Source: Octopus vulgaris
Taxonomy: Eukaryota
Assembly (NCBI GenBank): GCA_951406725.2
Contig: OX597819.1
Coordinates: 127,038,001 to 127,102,000 of the forward strand
Length of the DNA: 64,000 bases
Direction: 5' to 3'
The notes beneath the pieces were generated by a model. It saw only the letters and a program-made list of their open reading frames with translations. It did no database searches and was not told the DNA's origin. The position numbers were made by a program, and so were the translations under genes. Of this stretch, positions 1 to 14,585 are shown one piece after another; position 1 is the stretch's first letter, and each line of letters opens with the position of its first letter.

Positions 1-319
1 AAAGAAATTATGGATTACATTTACATCTCTAGCAGTTGCATGTAACAGCTTGATTTTTTTTTTTTTTAGCAGGTATGATAATGGATGTAATGATTAAATG
101 AGCAGAATTTCAGAAAGAATATCTCATTGAAATACTTCCTTTGAAATATTTACAACATTGGAGATAATCCTTGTATTCGCATTATTAAGTGTAAGAATTG
201 TTGCCCATGTCTTTGCGAGCCTCTCATTGGTTGCATTGGTCTACTTTGCGAAATGTAGACACACCAGCAGTTACGAGTACGGAATAGAGTCGAGTGTCTT
301 TCGTTAATCAAACCATACT

Positions 320-1021
320 ATTGTAAGGCACCTACAGCGTTATTTTCTGTCGATATTGTTCACCAGGTACTCTGTGGCAATCTACTCTTCCTGGATTGCA
401 AAGGCATAGCCTCCAAAGTGCGATGTGATGTAGTGGTCTTGTGGCCAAGAGAGGCTGCGCTTTGTGTCAATTCTACTGTATTCTTCAAGCTTCCTGGCAA
501 CATAACCATAGATAGTCTTTTTTTTTTATATATGTTGAGTGCTTCCACCCAGGTCTTCTTTGCGATAAGAGAGCCCAGCTGTTTTGGGGTTGAAGAGGAG
601 ATCATCAGGAAGAGAGTGCTTCTTGAGGAGTTCACTGCCAACTCGTACAATGTTTCTCACTTAACTTTTCAACACTGCATTTATATATTTATTTTTACTG
701 CTGTTGTTCAGCAGATGCTGCCTGAGTGATACCATACGGCATTCGAAGGCCGTCTGCACTAATCTCAGGTCTCTATCACCTTCATTTCTTCTTTGGTAGA
801 GCATGTGAGCATCAGTTTCTGTGGAAGTTCACAGTTGTTGTCAGGATCTTGTGGGTTTTGGTATCTATGGAGTGGATTTCCTCTACAGAGCAGTCAAATA
901 TCCCATATGTTGGGATCAACCCTGGTACTGCAAATGCATTGTGGGATATTGTTTTGTTGTAAGAGGAGTGTTCCGACTGCCATATTTTCCTATGACTAAT
1001 GTAATATTCTCGGGTCACCAT
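320..1021 (-). mobile_element. R4/Dong-like (RLE-type) non-LTR retrotransposon fragment, post-RT region, pseudogenised
   Basis: The minus strand reads RKIWQSEHSSYNKTISHNAFAVPGLIPTYG...IDTKTHKILT and later ITSHFGGYAFAIQEE*IATEYL. These resemble R4-clade motifs, with stops and frameshifts. Confidence 0.72.
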
Positions 1022-1517
1022 ACATACGTATGTATATATGTATGCATGTGTATGTATGTATTTATGTGTGTATATGTGTGTGTGCGAGTGTGTGCGAGTG
1101 TCTGTGCATGTGTGTGCGTGAGTGAGAGAGTGTGTGTATACGTATACAGACGCAAATTTGTAACGTGTATTGCAATATTTTTTGTTACGCGTGATATTTG
1201 TGAATGTTTGTTAATTATATTACCATGCAGGGTACGTTTGGCGCAATCTTTACACTCGTGATATGAAGAAAGCTGATGTTGTCTTCAGAAAGATTTTCAG
1301 AATTCTAATTGTGCTTTTCTGTTATTTCTTTATTAATGTAATTATTTATAATACATTGGTGATAATTACATCATATCCCGTTTGATATTTAGCAAGTCAA
1401 ACTTCCTGACTGTCATATACATTTATTCATCAAAATTTGAAATTACTTTCATCAGAATTGATGTTAATTAACTATAATTAGTACGATCTCACCTTGATCT
1501 ACAGAATAAATAATAAC

Positions 1518-1787
1518 GAGAGAGTGAGTGAGCGAGCGAGTGAGTGAGCGAGTGAGTGGGTGAGTGAGAGAGAGTGAGTGAGTGTGTGAGTGAGTGGGTG
1601 AGTGAGAGAGAGTGAGTGAGTGTGTGAGTGAGTAAGTGAGAGGGAGAGAGAAATAAAGAGGGAGAGAAAGAGAAAGAGAGAGAAAAAGAGAGTAAGTGAG
1701 AGAAAGAAAAAGAGAGAGTAAGAGAAAGAAGGAGAGAAAGGAAAAAAGAGAGAGGAAGAGAAAGTAAAAGTGAGAGAGACAGAATAA

Positions 1788-1852
<65 letters not shown>
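1518..1852. repeat. Compound (GAGT)n / purine-rich / (GA)n microsatellite
   Basis: Seen directly in the sequence. Confidence 0.95.
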
Positions 1853-1856
<4 letters not shown>

Positions 1857-3065
1857 CCAGGATCTTATATTTAACTAATTATCTAATTTGCAACAGATGC
1901 AGGTGCTGAAGTAATTACTATGTCAACTTCGTGAAGACAAAATTGTTTTTATGCCTCAAACATGCAGCACATTGGTCTCAGTATAGAATTTCAAATCTCG
2001 TTACTCGAAACCTTCTTACATAATGAGAAGAACTGTTTAACAGAACATTGATGCAACAGATCATCAAGAACTGTTCAAATTGTCACATGGGTACAAACTT
2101 TGTTAGATTCTGACCATCTTCTTGAACATCTCTAAATTCGGATAAATTTAAAAATCATTTCAACAATTATTCAGGAATGTTTCATTCAAGGAATGGTTGT
2201 GCAGTGAACACAGAACTTAATTGAATAAGTTTCAGGAAACACCCTACTTAGAGACTAAACACTATAAGCAGTCATTAATGAGAAACTACTCTGATTAAAT
2301 TTCAGATATTGCTTTCAAGTTATGCTCAAAATATCATTATAGTTTACTTCAGTAAGGCAACAAAACACATCTCAGTTGTGCTTTGAAGGATTCCACAGAT
2401 TATTAAAATCTCTTGTCAATACAGATTGAACAACCCATACTGAAAACGTTCGAGCCGTGACCAACCCATTCTCTTTTCAGGTAAATTTTATTATGGACCA
2501 CATACTTTTTCTTTTTGTAAGACTTTATGAGTGAGATTAAAAAGAGCGAGTTTGCTGCCATTTCTAACAGATGGAACAACTGCGTTGCAGCTCCTATTGG
2601 CTTGAATGTCAAGCGATATATTCTTGGTGGTACTTATTTAACATTGATTGGACCGGGCCAATGTGAGTTAAGTTTCTTGCAGCTGACAAAGGGTGATTGT
2701 TGGTCACGGCAATCAAATAGACTGCCACTGTCTTTTCGGTAACATTATAACACGTCACTCATTACAAATTTAAAATTGTATACATTGGATTTATGGAGTC
2801 TAGTGTATAATAAGCATTGAAGAAATAGATGGGTTGTGAGTAGTATGAATATCATTCATGTGAGGCTATTTTTGCTCCATCGGCGCAGTCCTAGAGATAA
2901 ACAACAACAGCAGCAAAAATACTTATATTATTATCACTAATATAACAACCTTAAGTCCTAGTCAATCAACTGAAATGTGAACCTAAAAAAACATACATTA
3001 ATGACAGGGAATACGTTAGCTTATGCCTTCAAAGAAGCTGTCTGCAAACAGCACACTAACTGCAA

Positions 3066-3447
3066 GTGGAGGCGCAATGACCCAGTGGTTAGGGCAGCGG
3101 ACTCGCGCTCGGAGGATCGCGGTTTCGATTCCCAGACCGCACGTTGTGTGTGTTTATTGAGCTAAAACACCTAAAGCTCCACGAGGCTCCGACAGGGGGT
3201 GGTGGCGACCCCTGTTGTACTCTTTCGCTCCAACTTTCTCTCACTCTTTCTTCCTGTCTCTTGTCCCCGACTTCCTACGCAACAGCTGAGCCTGGATGCG
3301 CATTCATTCATCCGTAGATGCTCTCGGTGTCGGGGGTTGAAATGCTTTCTCTTCTGCGGGTTTTACGAATAGCAAAGGACCATGTTTCGGACTTCTCCCA
3401 CCTTGCGAGCTCTGGGACCAAGACCGCTTCGCTCAACAAACAAAGAA
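3066..3447 (+). mobile_element. tRNA-derived SINE (family C, Arg-like head)
   Basis: Head GGCGCAATGACCCAGTGGTTAGGGCAGCGGACTCGC has A/B-box-like motifs. Flanks acactaactgcaa / acaccaactgcaa form a 13-bp TSD with 1 mismatch. Related copies start at 14586 and 16414. Confidence 0.85.
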
Positions 3448-4374
3448 ACACCAACTGCAATACCATGATAATTTCTTACAAAAGAATGACGTCAAAGATT
3501 AAGATTAAACTGTCGACATTCTACATTTGTGTCAATGTCTGATATTTTTATTGTGAGAATCTTTGAATCACTAAAATCCCAAGCTCTGGATTCTGAGGAA
3601 GCGAGGGCGACGTACTTAAAGAATAAGTGAACCGAATTCCTTGCAGAATTTTTTGCGTACCTCGATATTTTGCATTCAAAATCTGTCGCGTTTGACTTTG
3701 CTTCATTCCAAGTCAGAAAAAATATATCAGTCAAGTACATGGTTCGATTTGCTCGGCTATACTCGCCCTGAGAACTATATTAAGGTTACACGTGTTTGTG
3801 GAGTGCTCAGCTACTTGCACGTTAATTTCACGAGCTTAGAACTTAGAGCGATGGGAGGTATTCTGTTAAGAAAGATGCAACATATTTGAGAGACGGCACA
3901 TTAAAGAAGCTGATTAAGGGTATCTTATGTATAAGCATCATGCTGTAACGGTCTGATAATCTGATGAGCGGGAAGTATGATACCTTTTACGAAAACAAAT
4001 TCTGGTAATTATTCCAATTTCACGTATGTCCACAAATAATCTATAATCTGTAAATATCAAGATGTTATCCTCGACTCCGCAAAATAGTCTTATGCAATAA
4101 GCACCAAAGTGCATAAGGTCAAAACTGGATTGCATAAGAATGAGATTCCTGGGACGGATACAATTAATCCTTTGGAGGTACCGAGTTTTTGTCTGCTATA
4201 TTTTGTTGGGGGCTGGTTTTAAAAGTAATTTCACATTGACTGAACATTGAATAATGAAACGGCTATCAACTGACAGGATGAAGCAATTATATGTGTGTGT
4301 GTATGTGTGTGTGTATGTGTGTGTGTATGTGTGTGTGCGTGCCCGCGTGCGTAAGTGTGCGTGCGCGCGCGCAT

Positions 4375-5610
4375 ATATATATCTATGTATGTATGCAAAT
4401 ATATAGAAATATATACATATGTCTGAATGCAAATGTATATATATATACATATGTATAAGCGACATATATTTATGTATATATACATATATAAGTACATATT
4501 CATATATGTATATATATATATATATATACATACATGTATGTATGCAAATGTATAGGTATATATACATATGTCTGTATGCAAATGTATATAGACATATGTA
4601 TAAGCGACATATATTTATGCATATATACATATATAAGTACATATTCATATATGTATATATATATATATATATACATACATGTATGTATGCAAATGTATAG
4701 GTATATATACATATGTCTGTATGCAAATGTATATATACATATGTATAAGCGACATATATTTATGTATATATACATATATAAGTACATATACGTATATGTA
4801 TATATATATACATATATGTATGTATGCAAATGTATAGGTATATATACATATGTCTGTATGCAAATGTATATATACATATGTATAAGCGACATATATTTAT
4901 GTATATATACATATATAAGTACATATACGTATATGTATATATATATATACATATATGTATGTATGCAAATGTATAGTTATATATACATATGTCTGTATGC
5001 AAATGTATATATACATATGTATAAGCGACATATATTTATGTATATATACATATATAAGTACATATACATATATGTATATATATAGATATATGTATGTATG
5101 CAAATGTATAGGTATATATACATATGTCTGTATGCAAATGTATATATACATATGTATAAGCGACATATATTTATGTATATATACATATATAAGTACATAT
5201 ACGTATATGTATATATATATACATATATGTATGTATGCAAATGTATAGGTATATATACATATGTCTGTATGCAAATGTATATATACATATGTATAAGCGA
5301 CATATATTTATGCATATATACATATATAAGTACATATACGTATATGTATATATATATACATATATGTATGTATGCAAATGTATAAGTATATATACATATG
5401 TCTGTATGCAAATGTATATATACATATGTATAAGCGACATATATTTATGTATATATACATATATAAGTACATATACATATATGTATGTATGCAAATGTAT
5501 AGGTATATATACATATGTCTGTATGCAAATGTATATAGACATATGTATAAGCGACCTATATTTATGTATACATACATATATAAGTACATATACGTATATG
5601 TATATATACT
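4375..5610. repeat. Minisatellite, about 9 units of 117-145 bp (mode 137) built from TA/TATG sequence
   Basis: The anchor taagcgac recurs at 4456, 4601, 4746, 4883, 5022, 5157, 5294, 5431 and 5548. Confidence 0.9.
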
Positions 5611-5850
5611 TACACACGCATTTACACTCAGGCACACACACACACATATACATGCATGAATTTGTATATGACCCACATATAATAATTAGCAATACGTATT
5701 TATTAGCAGTCACTGTAAGGAGATACTATGAAACAGGAGTCTATCAAACGTGAGAGAGTGACAACGGGAGAGGCTAAATGAAAGTGAATGGAAAGTTCTG
5801 GTATTTATCACACCGTCCTAACATATAAATAGGAGAAGAGGGACAGAAAG

Positions 5851-6273
5851 GGATCTTTTCGGTTTCAACGGCAGTCTTTTCTAGCGGTGTCATATGAAAT
5901 TGTCACCCATAATTATGACCCTAGTATCGATCTATTGCATTTCAATCTGTTTTAGGGTTAGGGTTAGGTTTAGATGTGGGGGAAGGGTATCTTTTTTCTT
6001 CAGTAATATAAATAAACCCAATCTGTTTCTTAAACGAGGAATATATTTATACGGCACAGAATGTTTTTCACCTCAATAGACGTCATTGATTGGTTGAAAT
6101 TGCAGAAATTGAAGAAAAAATAACAACAAATATCTTACAAACTATAGAATTTTCTCAAGAAAGCGAAGAGAAAAAGATGTTTTATAAACACATTCAACCA
6201 GTATACGAAGTTTAAAAGTGTTTAGTTACGTGGAAATTATTTTAAAAAACTGCCGTTCAAACCGAAAAGATCC
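5851..6273. mobile_element. MITE with ~29-bp TIRs (GGATCTTTTCGGTTT...), 8-bp TSD and internal TTAGGG-like repeats; copy 1
   Basis: TIRs ggatcttttcggtttcaacggcagt / actgccgttcaaaccgaaaagatcc; flanks acagaaag / actgaaag. A second copy lies at 44711-45131. Confidence 0.88.
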
Positions 6274-6630
6274 ACTGAAAGTGCTAGAATGGGTGAACTA
6301 AGAAGAATACGTTAAAAAAAAAAAACCATTAAATTTATGTTGCTTTAAGCAGGACAAGTGATAAAGAGAATCTAAAGCTACTAGTTGATATGTATGGAAA
6401 CCAATGAAATCTTGAGCGAATTCGTACTTTTTATATATTTATATTCGTTTTTATGAATATTGTGATATATCTGATGCACTGATGACAACTTGATATAAAT
6501 TGTTCCATATTTTATATTGTAAAATTCTTATAAATATAGAATTATCATTTTGAATTACATTTTTATAACTGTAAACCGTTCAGTGTAATAAACAAACAAA
6601 TATGTGTGTGTGTATATAATATATATATAA

Positions 6631-6699
<69 letters not shown>

Positions 6700-6700
<1 letters not shown>

Positions 6701-7158
6701 TATATAAAATCCGTTCTGTCTGTCTGTGTGTGTGTCTTCTAGGATCTCGGGCATCCTCCATCCGATTGCGCTCAAATTTGATATGCAGATACCGACGGTA
6801 TCAGGGCGTGTATAAGTCTTGCAAAAATTACAAAAATCGATTCCAGGTGAGAATGCGAACGATAAAGCCATGGGAACGTGCATTTGTACGCGCAAGTACA
6901 TCAGCTGTTGTGATGTACTTTTCTAGTACATTAAACTCTTCGGTTGCATATTTGTGTGAATAAAATCGTTTTTTCTTTGGAATGGAAAAAAAGTTTATCT
7001 TTATTTCTTCTTTTGCTGGTGTCTCAAATTTAGTTTAAATAAGTGTTTCTCAAAGGGGAGGCCAATGGGACGGTGGGACAAGTTGTTTTGAGAAAATTTG
7101 GCTTAAATGTTTGACAACTCAGCACCGTCCATTGGACGGGGGGTGGGGCATTTTGCTC

Positions 7159-7160
<2 letters not shown>
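6700..7160 (+). mobile_element. Possible non-autonomous Helitron-like (DINE/Lep1-type) fragment
   Basis: tatataaaa...tgtctgtctgt...ccgattgcgctcaaatttg resembles the 5' region of such elements. No clear 3' CTAG/hairpin was seen. Confidence 0.35.
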
Positions 7161-7206
<46 letters not shown>

Positions 7207-7263
7207 AGGTTGAACTATATTTCATCCTTTTAATTTGGAGGGTTATGTATAACAAATAAATCA

Positions 7264-7340
7264 TCTTACACCTGTTTGAATTCTTACTCAGTGAATTAAT
7301 CAAATATTAAAGTCATATGACCTGAGCATATCTTCAGAGA
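7264..7340 (-). ncRNA. Degenerate type I hammerhead-like motif next to (TA)n
   Basis: Minus strand: tct-CTGAAGA-...tgctcag...ctgagta...-cAAA-c aggt g-TA-aga. The G of GAAA is lost. Confidence 0.35.
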
Positions 7341-7377
7341 GAAAAAATATACCTTTGGATGTTTTATATATGTGTTT

Positions 7378-7536
7378 ATGTATGTATGTATGTATGTATG
7401 AATGTATGTCTGTATGTATGTATGAATGTATGTATGCATGTATGTATGCATGTATGTATGTATGTATGTATGTATGTATGTATGTATGTATGTACGTAAG
7501 TACGTACGTACATATGTATGCATGTATGCATGTATG

Positions 7537-7602
<66 letters not shown>

Positions 7603-7675
7603 TATATGTATGTATGTACGCACGTACGTACGTACGTACATACGTATGTATGTATGTATGTATGTACGTATGTAT
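7378..7675. repeat. (TATG)n microsatellite
   Basis: Seen directly in the sequence. Confidence 0.95.
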
Positions 7676-7945
7676 AAAGCTTCCATTTTTGATGGTACAA
7701 GAGTCAATATAGTTATACATCTTGTAGCCCATTTTCAGCGTGCGGCATGCACCATCACAATACACCATCCCAATTACGAATTATAGTCTTACACTTATTC
7801 TAAGATCAAAATATAAAGATTTTAGGTAAGAAATTTATCAAAGATTTTCCAAGACGTTTTCAACAGATATACTATTTCCCGTAGCAATTAAAACCATCGT
7901 CAATTTTTTACGATGCAATTTCATCATCGTGTGTGTGTGTGTGCG

Positions 7946-8324
<379 letters not shown>

Positions 8325-8887
8325 GTGTGTGTGTGTGATATATGTGTGTGTGTGTGTTGTGTGTGTGTGTGTGTAAGTTTGTGTGATGACCACTTGCTTT
8401 CTTCTCCTTCTATCAGTCTTTCTATATCAGCCCAGTAGCACATATATGGACCACTTTTGTATATTCTTGCATCTATGTTATTATTTTTCTCTCCTTCTCC
8501 TTTGATTTTCCCCTCTGTCTCGAACTTTTAAACTGATTTTAGAAGTTTTGGAAATTTACCATCTCGAACATTTTCGGAACCTTTTATATCAGATTGAATT
8601 ACTAAATTCACGAAGGTTTTAAATTTTTTGCACATTCCTTCACAGCCCTTCACCGTCCCCCAAAGAATAAAAAATTAACGCAAGCAACTTTTTACCTTAC
8701 AGAAGCCGGCCTACACCACTTCACATAGTTCTTCACACGTACGAACACACACACAAACATACACTCCAAGACTACCTTACGTAATATTTCATAGTACACG
8801 CGCATCAAAAAATTTCATGCGCACCGACATCTTCCAAACTGCACTGAACTATGCCAACAAATTTACGCATTTGCGCACATCTATGTA

Positions 8888-9453
8888 TTGGATTGTTCGG
8901 AAAGTTCGTGCCGATTTTTAAAGGAAAGAAAAAGCTCAATAAATACTTGCCATTACATTTTTAATCAACCAAATATGAACCATTTTGTTGCACAATGCGT
9001 CTCCATCTTTCCTTTCTCTTGAAAATACCCTCTTCCCAGTATTGAGGTGGTTTCATGGCAAAGAATTCATCAAGGTATCTTTTTACGTCATCCAAGGAAT
9101 TGAAAGTTTTACCATTAAGACTATTCTGCAGAGACATGAATAAGTGGAAATCCGAAGGAGCAATATCTGGGGAATATGGAGGGTGGGGTAACACATCCCA
9201 GCCGAGCTGCAGCAATTTTTGTCTGGTTCGCAAAGCATCAAGTGCCAAAAATGAACTTTCTTATCTACCATTTTAAAGGGTTACAGAATTAAAACAGGTT
9301 ATAGGAACATAAACTTTCTTCCACGAATAGATAGTTTAAACTGTGCTTTAAATGGAGGTGTAGTCAAATCCTATTCTTTGCACTCAACCATGTTCTAAAA
9401 TAAGTCGAAAGTTATGTAACTATAAATCGGCACAAACTTTCCGGACAACCCAA
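8888..9453 (-). mobile_element. Internally deleted mariner element
   Basis: TIRs ttggattgttcggaaagttcgtgccgattt / aaatcggcacaaactttccggacaacccaa with TA TSDs. ORF 8961-9248 contains PHPPYSPDIAPSDFHLF...NGSYLVD, and the N-terminus MVDKKVHF is fused directly to it. Confidence 0.93.
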
Positions 9454-9779
9454 TACATTCTCACTAGTCACAAACATTCACAGTTACACTATTCTCACTC
9501 GTGTCCGCTCCCAAACAAACAAACACCTTGGCACACGTATCTACACACCTACCCTCCACACTTCTTGATTTCCGTATAGAACTGTATTTGCTCCTGGTTT
9601 CAACTAATCCTTTCTTTACTTTTTCAACAAATTAAGTTTTGTTTTCCTCACATCTATATATACTATTTCTGTTTCCCTTTCCTTGTATTTCTCTTTCACC
9701 CCAGATGAAAGACTAACGCCCGTAACATTAATAAATTCATTGATTTTCCCTTCTATGTTCTTTTGAGCTGATGGTGGGC

Positions 9780-9836
<57 letters not shown>

Positions 9837-10509
9837 CTCTCTACACACACACATATATATATATAACTGTATATACACATACATTTGTACTCACACACAT
9901 ACACACTCACACACACATACACACATATACACGCCCACACACTCACACACACACGTATATATATATATATGTATACATTTATATAGATAAATGTTTTTAA
10001 TATGTTTTTATAAAGTCAAAATGATGCAAATGATAAAACAATAATACAGTTCCATGGTTGGAACTATTACCTGGTATTTCAATATTTTAGGATTGGGACT
10101 CTTCGTCTCGAGATTTACAGAGGAAAACATTTTAAAACTGATGCATGTGCATTTGATTAGCCCGTGTAGATTGGCAAAAGTCAATTAGAAAAAAATAGAT
10201 CAATTACAAAGAAACTGGATGATGGGGAATTTTCTTTGATATCAGTTTAAATCCAATTTTAAAAAAACCTGTCCATTATCTATGATCATGCGTTCACTGA
10301 ATGATAAAGCTTTCGCCGCCACTTCTCAGTAATTGTGTTCTTTTTATGAAGTGCGTTAACAGAGACAGGTACGACAGTCTAGATATACTTACAAACGGTT
10401 AAACAAATGTTTGCTTGAGTAAAATTCACTGTACTCAAACAAACCCCGTCATTTTTTACGGGTACGTCAGTAGTATATATAGTTATGAATTAGCGCTGAG
10501 ACACATCAC

Positions 10510-10554
<45 letters not shown>

Positions 10555-10602
10555 CAGTCGCCATGATAGATCGTTAGCCACTACACACATTTTTTTCTCT
10601 GC
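10555..10602 (+). mobile_element. 5' stub of the HHR-bearing element found as a trimer at 55988-56614
   Basis: cagtcgccatgatagatcgttagccactacacaca follows a (TA)n tract and matches the reverse complement of the trimer unit end. Confidence 0.75.
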
Positions 10603-11527
10603 CTGAGTGTATAAGCAAATAAAGATTTAGCCGAAGAAGAGCTGAAATGGAGACCTCGGGAAATGCTTTTGTCTGTTCGATCGTAAAGTACCTTAGATAT
10701 ATTTCAGGTACTTTGCGTAATGGTTGTTCATCTTTTCATTTAAAATCATTCGTTAACGGTCACTACACTGTGAAGTAATTGGATTTTGTGTTTACTTCTG
10801 TGTATAAGTGTATGTGAATGTTTTTATGATATTTGCCAATACAAGTTTTTTGTACTACGTTTAAAGTTTAATCAGGCGTATAAACGGGTTTTAATGAAAT
10901 GATTCCTACCACTCATTCTGTTAAGAGTCACCGCCCGCGGCTGCTACACAATATGTTCCTCTGATCCATTTATAAATGTTAAATATGTATATATTACGAT
11001 ATGTAAACTGCATTACTCACATTCAAATGCACTCAGAAATACACTCCCACATATACATGTATGTAAGCACTTTTGTATACATATTCATACAGATGGAAAG
11101 ACACGTTTTTTGTGCCTTTGTCAGTATGTACTTGACTATCTCTCTTGCAGACAGACAGCACCCCCACACACTCACACTTGCTCACACATACACATGCACA
11201 TATGCGCCCGCACACAACACACAAACTAATTCTGCCAAGAAAACAAAAAAAAAATATTAATAAAAATTAAAGTTTTTGAAGGACACAAAATACAAACGGC
11301 AACCATATTTATCTGTTCATACTCCTAGACTTCTATCGAGTATATGTGAGTAGGCGCACACAGACACACATGCACACACACATACACCTACACACGCACA
11401 CTCATGTGTGTGTTCTTATATAAATTCACATATATTTTCATACATATCGCAATCGCATAAACGTATATATGTCTTTGTATATGTGTGTTTGTGTGTATGT
11501 GTGTGTATATGTATGCGTGTACGTATA

Positions 11528-11585
<58 letters not shown>

Positions 11586-12101
11586 GTATATGCGCAAGTG
11601 TATATGTGAGAATTGTATATGTGTGTGTTTGTGTGTGTGTATGTATATGTATGTGTGTACGTATATATATGTGTATGTGTATATATATATATACATGTAT
11701 ATGCGCATGTGTATATGTGAGTATTGTATATGTGTGTTTGTGTGTGTGTGTGTGTATGTATATATAAATGTATGTCTGTACGTATATATATATATGTATG
11801 TATATATATATATATATATATATATTTACAAACATGTATATACGCATGTGTATATGTGAGTATTGTATAAAATACGTAACTTAATAGCAAACATATTTTT
11901 CTTCGTCAGCCAGGGTAATGTACAATTTCTCTAACATTTTGGTATAATTATTTCATGTATATTAATACGTTTTCATTTGGGTGATCCTCATGGTGTGACT
12001 ACTCTCTACATATGTTCATTGTCCCTTGTTGAAAACACAAGGCCACACACTGACACACGCATAACTTAACACTTCAACACACTCACACAAACACACACTG
12101 A

Positions 12102-12284
12102 ATGTATGTATGTATGTATGTATGTATGTATGTATGTATGTATGTATGTATGTATGTATGTATGTATGTATGCATGTATGCATTTATGTATGTATCTATG
12201 TATAAGTATGTACATATAGATATATATTTATCTATTCACATATATTCATCAACACATTCATACAAACACACACTAAATGTCTGA

Positions 12285-12317
<33 letters not shown>

Positions 12318-13138
12318 TGTATGTATGTATGTATGTATGTATGTATGTATGTATGTATGTATGTATGTATGTATGTATGTATGTATGTATGTATATATGT
12401 ATGCATTTATGTATGTATGTATGTATGTATGTATGTATGTATTATGCATTTATGTATGTATGCATGTATGTATGTATGTATGTATGTATGTATGTATGTA
12501 TGTATGTATGTATGCATTTATGTATGTATGCATGTATGTATGTATGTATGTATGTATGTATGTATGTATGTATGTATGTATGTATGTATGTATGTATGTA
12601 TGTATGTATGCATTTATGTATGTATGTATGTATGTATGCATTTATGTATGTATGTATGTATGTATGTATGCATTTATGTATGTATGTATGTATGTATGTA
12701 TGTATGTATGTATGTATGTATGTATGTATGTATGTATGTATGTATGTATGTATGCATGTATGTATGTATGTATGTATGTATGTATGTATGTATGTATGTA
12801 TGTATGCATGCATGTATGTATGTATGTATGTATGTATGCATGTATGTATGTATGTATGTATGTATGTATGTATGTATGTATGTATGTATGTATGTATGTA
12901 TGTATGTATGTATGTATGTATGTATGTATGTATGTATGTATGTATGTATGTATGTATGTATGTATGCATTTATGTATGTATGTATGTATGTATGTATGTA
13001 TGTATGTATGTATGTATGTATGTATGTATGTATGTATGTATGTATGTATGTATGTATTTATGTATGTATGTATGTATGTATGTATGTATGTATGTATGTA
13101 TGTATGTATGTATGTATGTATGTATGTATGTATGTATG

Positions 13139-13167
<29 letters not shown>
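12102..13167. repeat. Long (TATG)n array with tatgcattta interruptions
   Basis: Seen directly; it is the source of the ~300-aa MYVC pseudo-ORFs. Confidence 0.97.
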
Positions 13168-13172
<5 letters not shown>

Positions 13173-13350
13173 TATATTCATCTATGTATAGATGAATTTA
13201 TACAAATATATATATATTCGAGGTTCGTTTTCCCCAGCTGCTAAAATGACAAACTCGTAAAAGTTCAATTCATACGGCCGACTACCTGTTGAGTGTTGTG
13301 CATTTACAGTGTTTAAATACATAAGCACACACATTACATACACATTACAC

Positions 13351-13413
<63 letters not shown>

Positions 13414-14140
13414 CACATAAATAATTCATATGTATGTGCATGTATGCGTAAGCATTCATGTGAACAGACACACACAAACACACACACACACACACACACA
13501 CAGAGACAAATACACACACACACACACACAGACAAATACACACACACACACACACACACACATGCTTATATGATTGTTCTCATTGAATGTCCCAAATGCC
13601 TGTTTAACTATAGATGATGCTCAGTTACAGCTGTCGTCTCTGTAACGTCGTGGATAATAGATTTGAAATTTGATGGAGAGGAAGAAAAAAAAGAAGTAAA
13701 AAGAAGGTAAGAAGGAAGAACGTAAGAAGGAAGCAGAAAAACACGAAGCACACAGTAACCATCGTGCTGCTGTTGAAACAGATCCTGATTTTGATGCTGC
13801 TGGTGATGATGATATCGTCTATGATACTGAATACGATCGTTGTGATGACGACGTGATGATAGAAACGGGGATCATTCAATCAAAACCTGTCGTTAAAACT
13901 ATATTTGGTACCACCGTGTCCATTAACACGTCCAGCATCTATTAAGTGATCTTGCCTCGATACCTCAGTAGAAACTGGTTTCTCCAAAAAAGGCTGGCTT
14001 CACTACAATATCTTAACTGGGAGGCAGCCATTATCGAATCTTTTTACTTTCGTAGACAATCTCCTTTCATATTTTTTTCTGGGACTTTTCACTTGCATAA
14101 TTAGATGTCACATTATATGCGTGAAGGTGGGGTCGATGTA

Positions 14141-14240
14141 AAGTACCAGTTTCGCACTGGGGTCGATGTAATCGACTTAATCCCTTTGTCTGTCCTTGTT
14201 TGTCCCCTCTATGTTTAGCCCCTTGTGGGCAATAAAGAAT
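14141..14240 (+). mobile_element. SINE family A, 3' fragment
   Basis: aagtaccagtt...ccccttgtgggcaataaagaa matches the family A tail. Confidence 0.8.
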
Positions 14241-14585
14241 AATATATGTGTGAAGATAAATGCCTTAGTGGCTAGAGTGTTGCACACACGACCAAGGGAT
14301 CATGCTTTCGATTCCCGGACCGGCCAGTGCTTTATGTTTTTGAGCAAAACACTTCATTTCCCGTTGTCCTGCGATTACTTTATTGCACCTCTGCAGGTAA
14401 TGTCGATTTGACGGAGAGAGCGGTTTAAGGTAATGTATAAACATTTGACCACTATGAACAAATCATGCATACAAGTTGTTCAGCAAGTTGCAGAGTACTC
14501 ATCTATCGTTTACGATGTGAGAATCCACCACATTGTACAATAATTTCAGTGGTAGTAAGTTCTTGGCAAGCCAACTCTGTAAGCA

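Noticed and set aside
3068-3140. tRNA gene (also the heads at 14883, 16414 and 59368)
   Set aside because: The tRNA-like heads run into shared SINE bodies with tails and TSDs, and no complete cloverleaf is present.
3958-4005. CTGATGA...GAAA hammerhead candidate
   Set aside because: No stem I pairing and a weak stem II; likely chance.
12277-13195. ~300-aa ORFs (MYVC repeats) and the many YI/HT/VC-rich ORFs across the window
   Set aside because: They are translations of (TATG)n, (TA)n and (CA)n tracts, which lack stop codons; there is no coding evidence.
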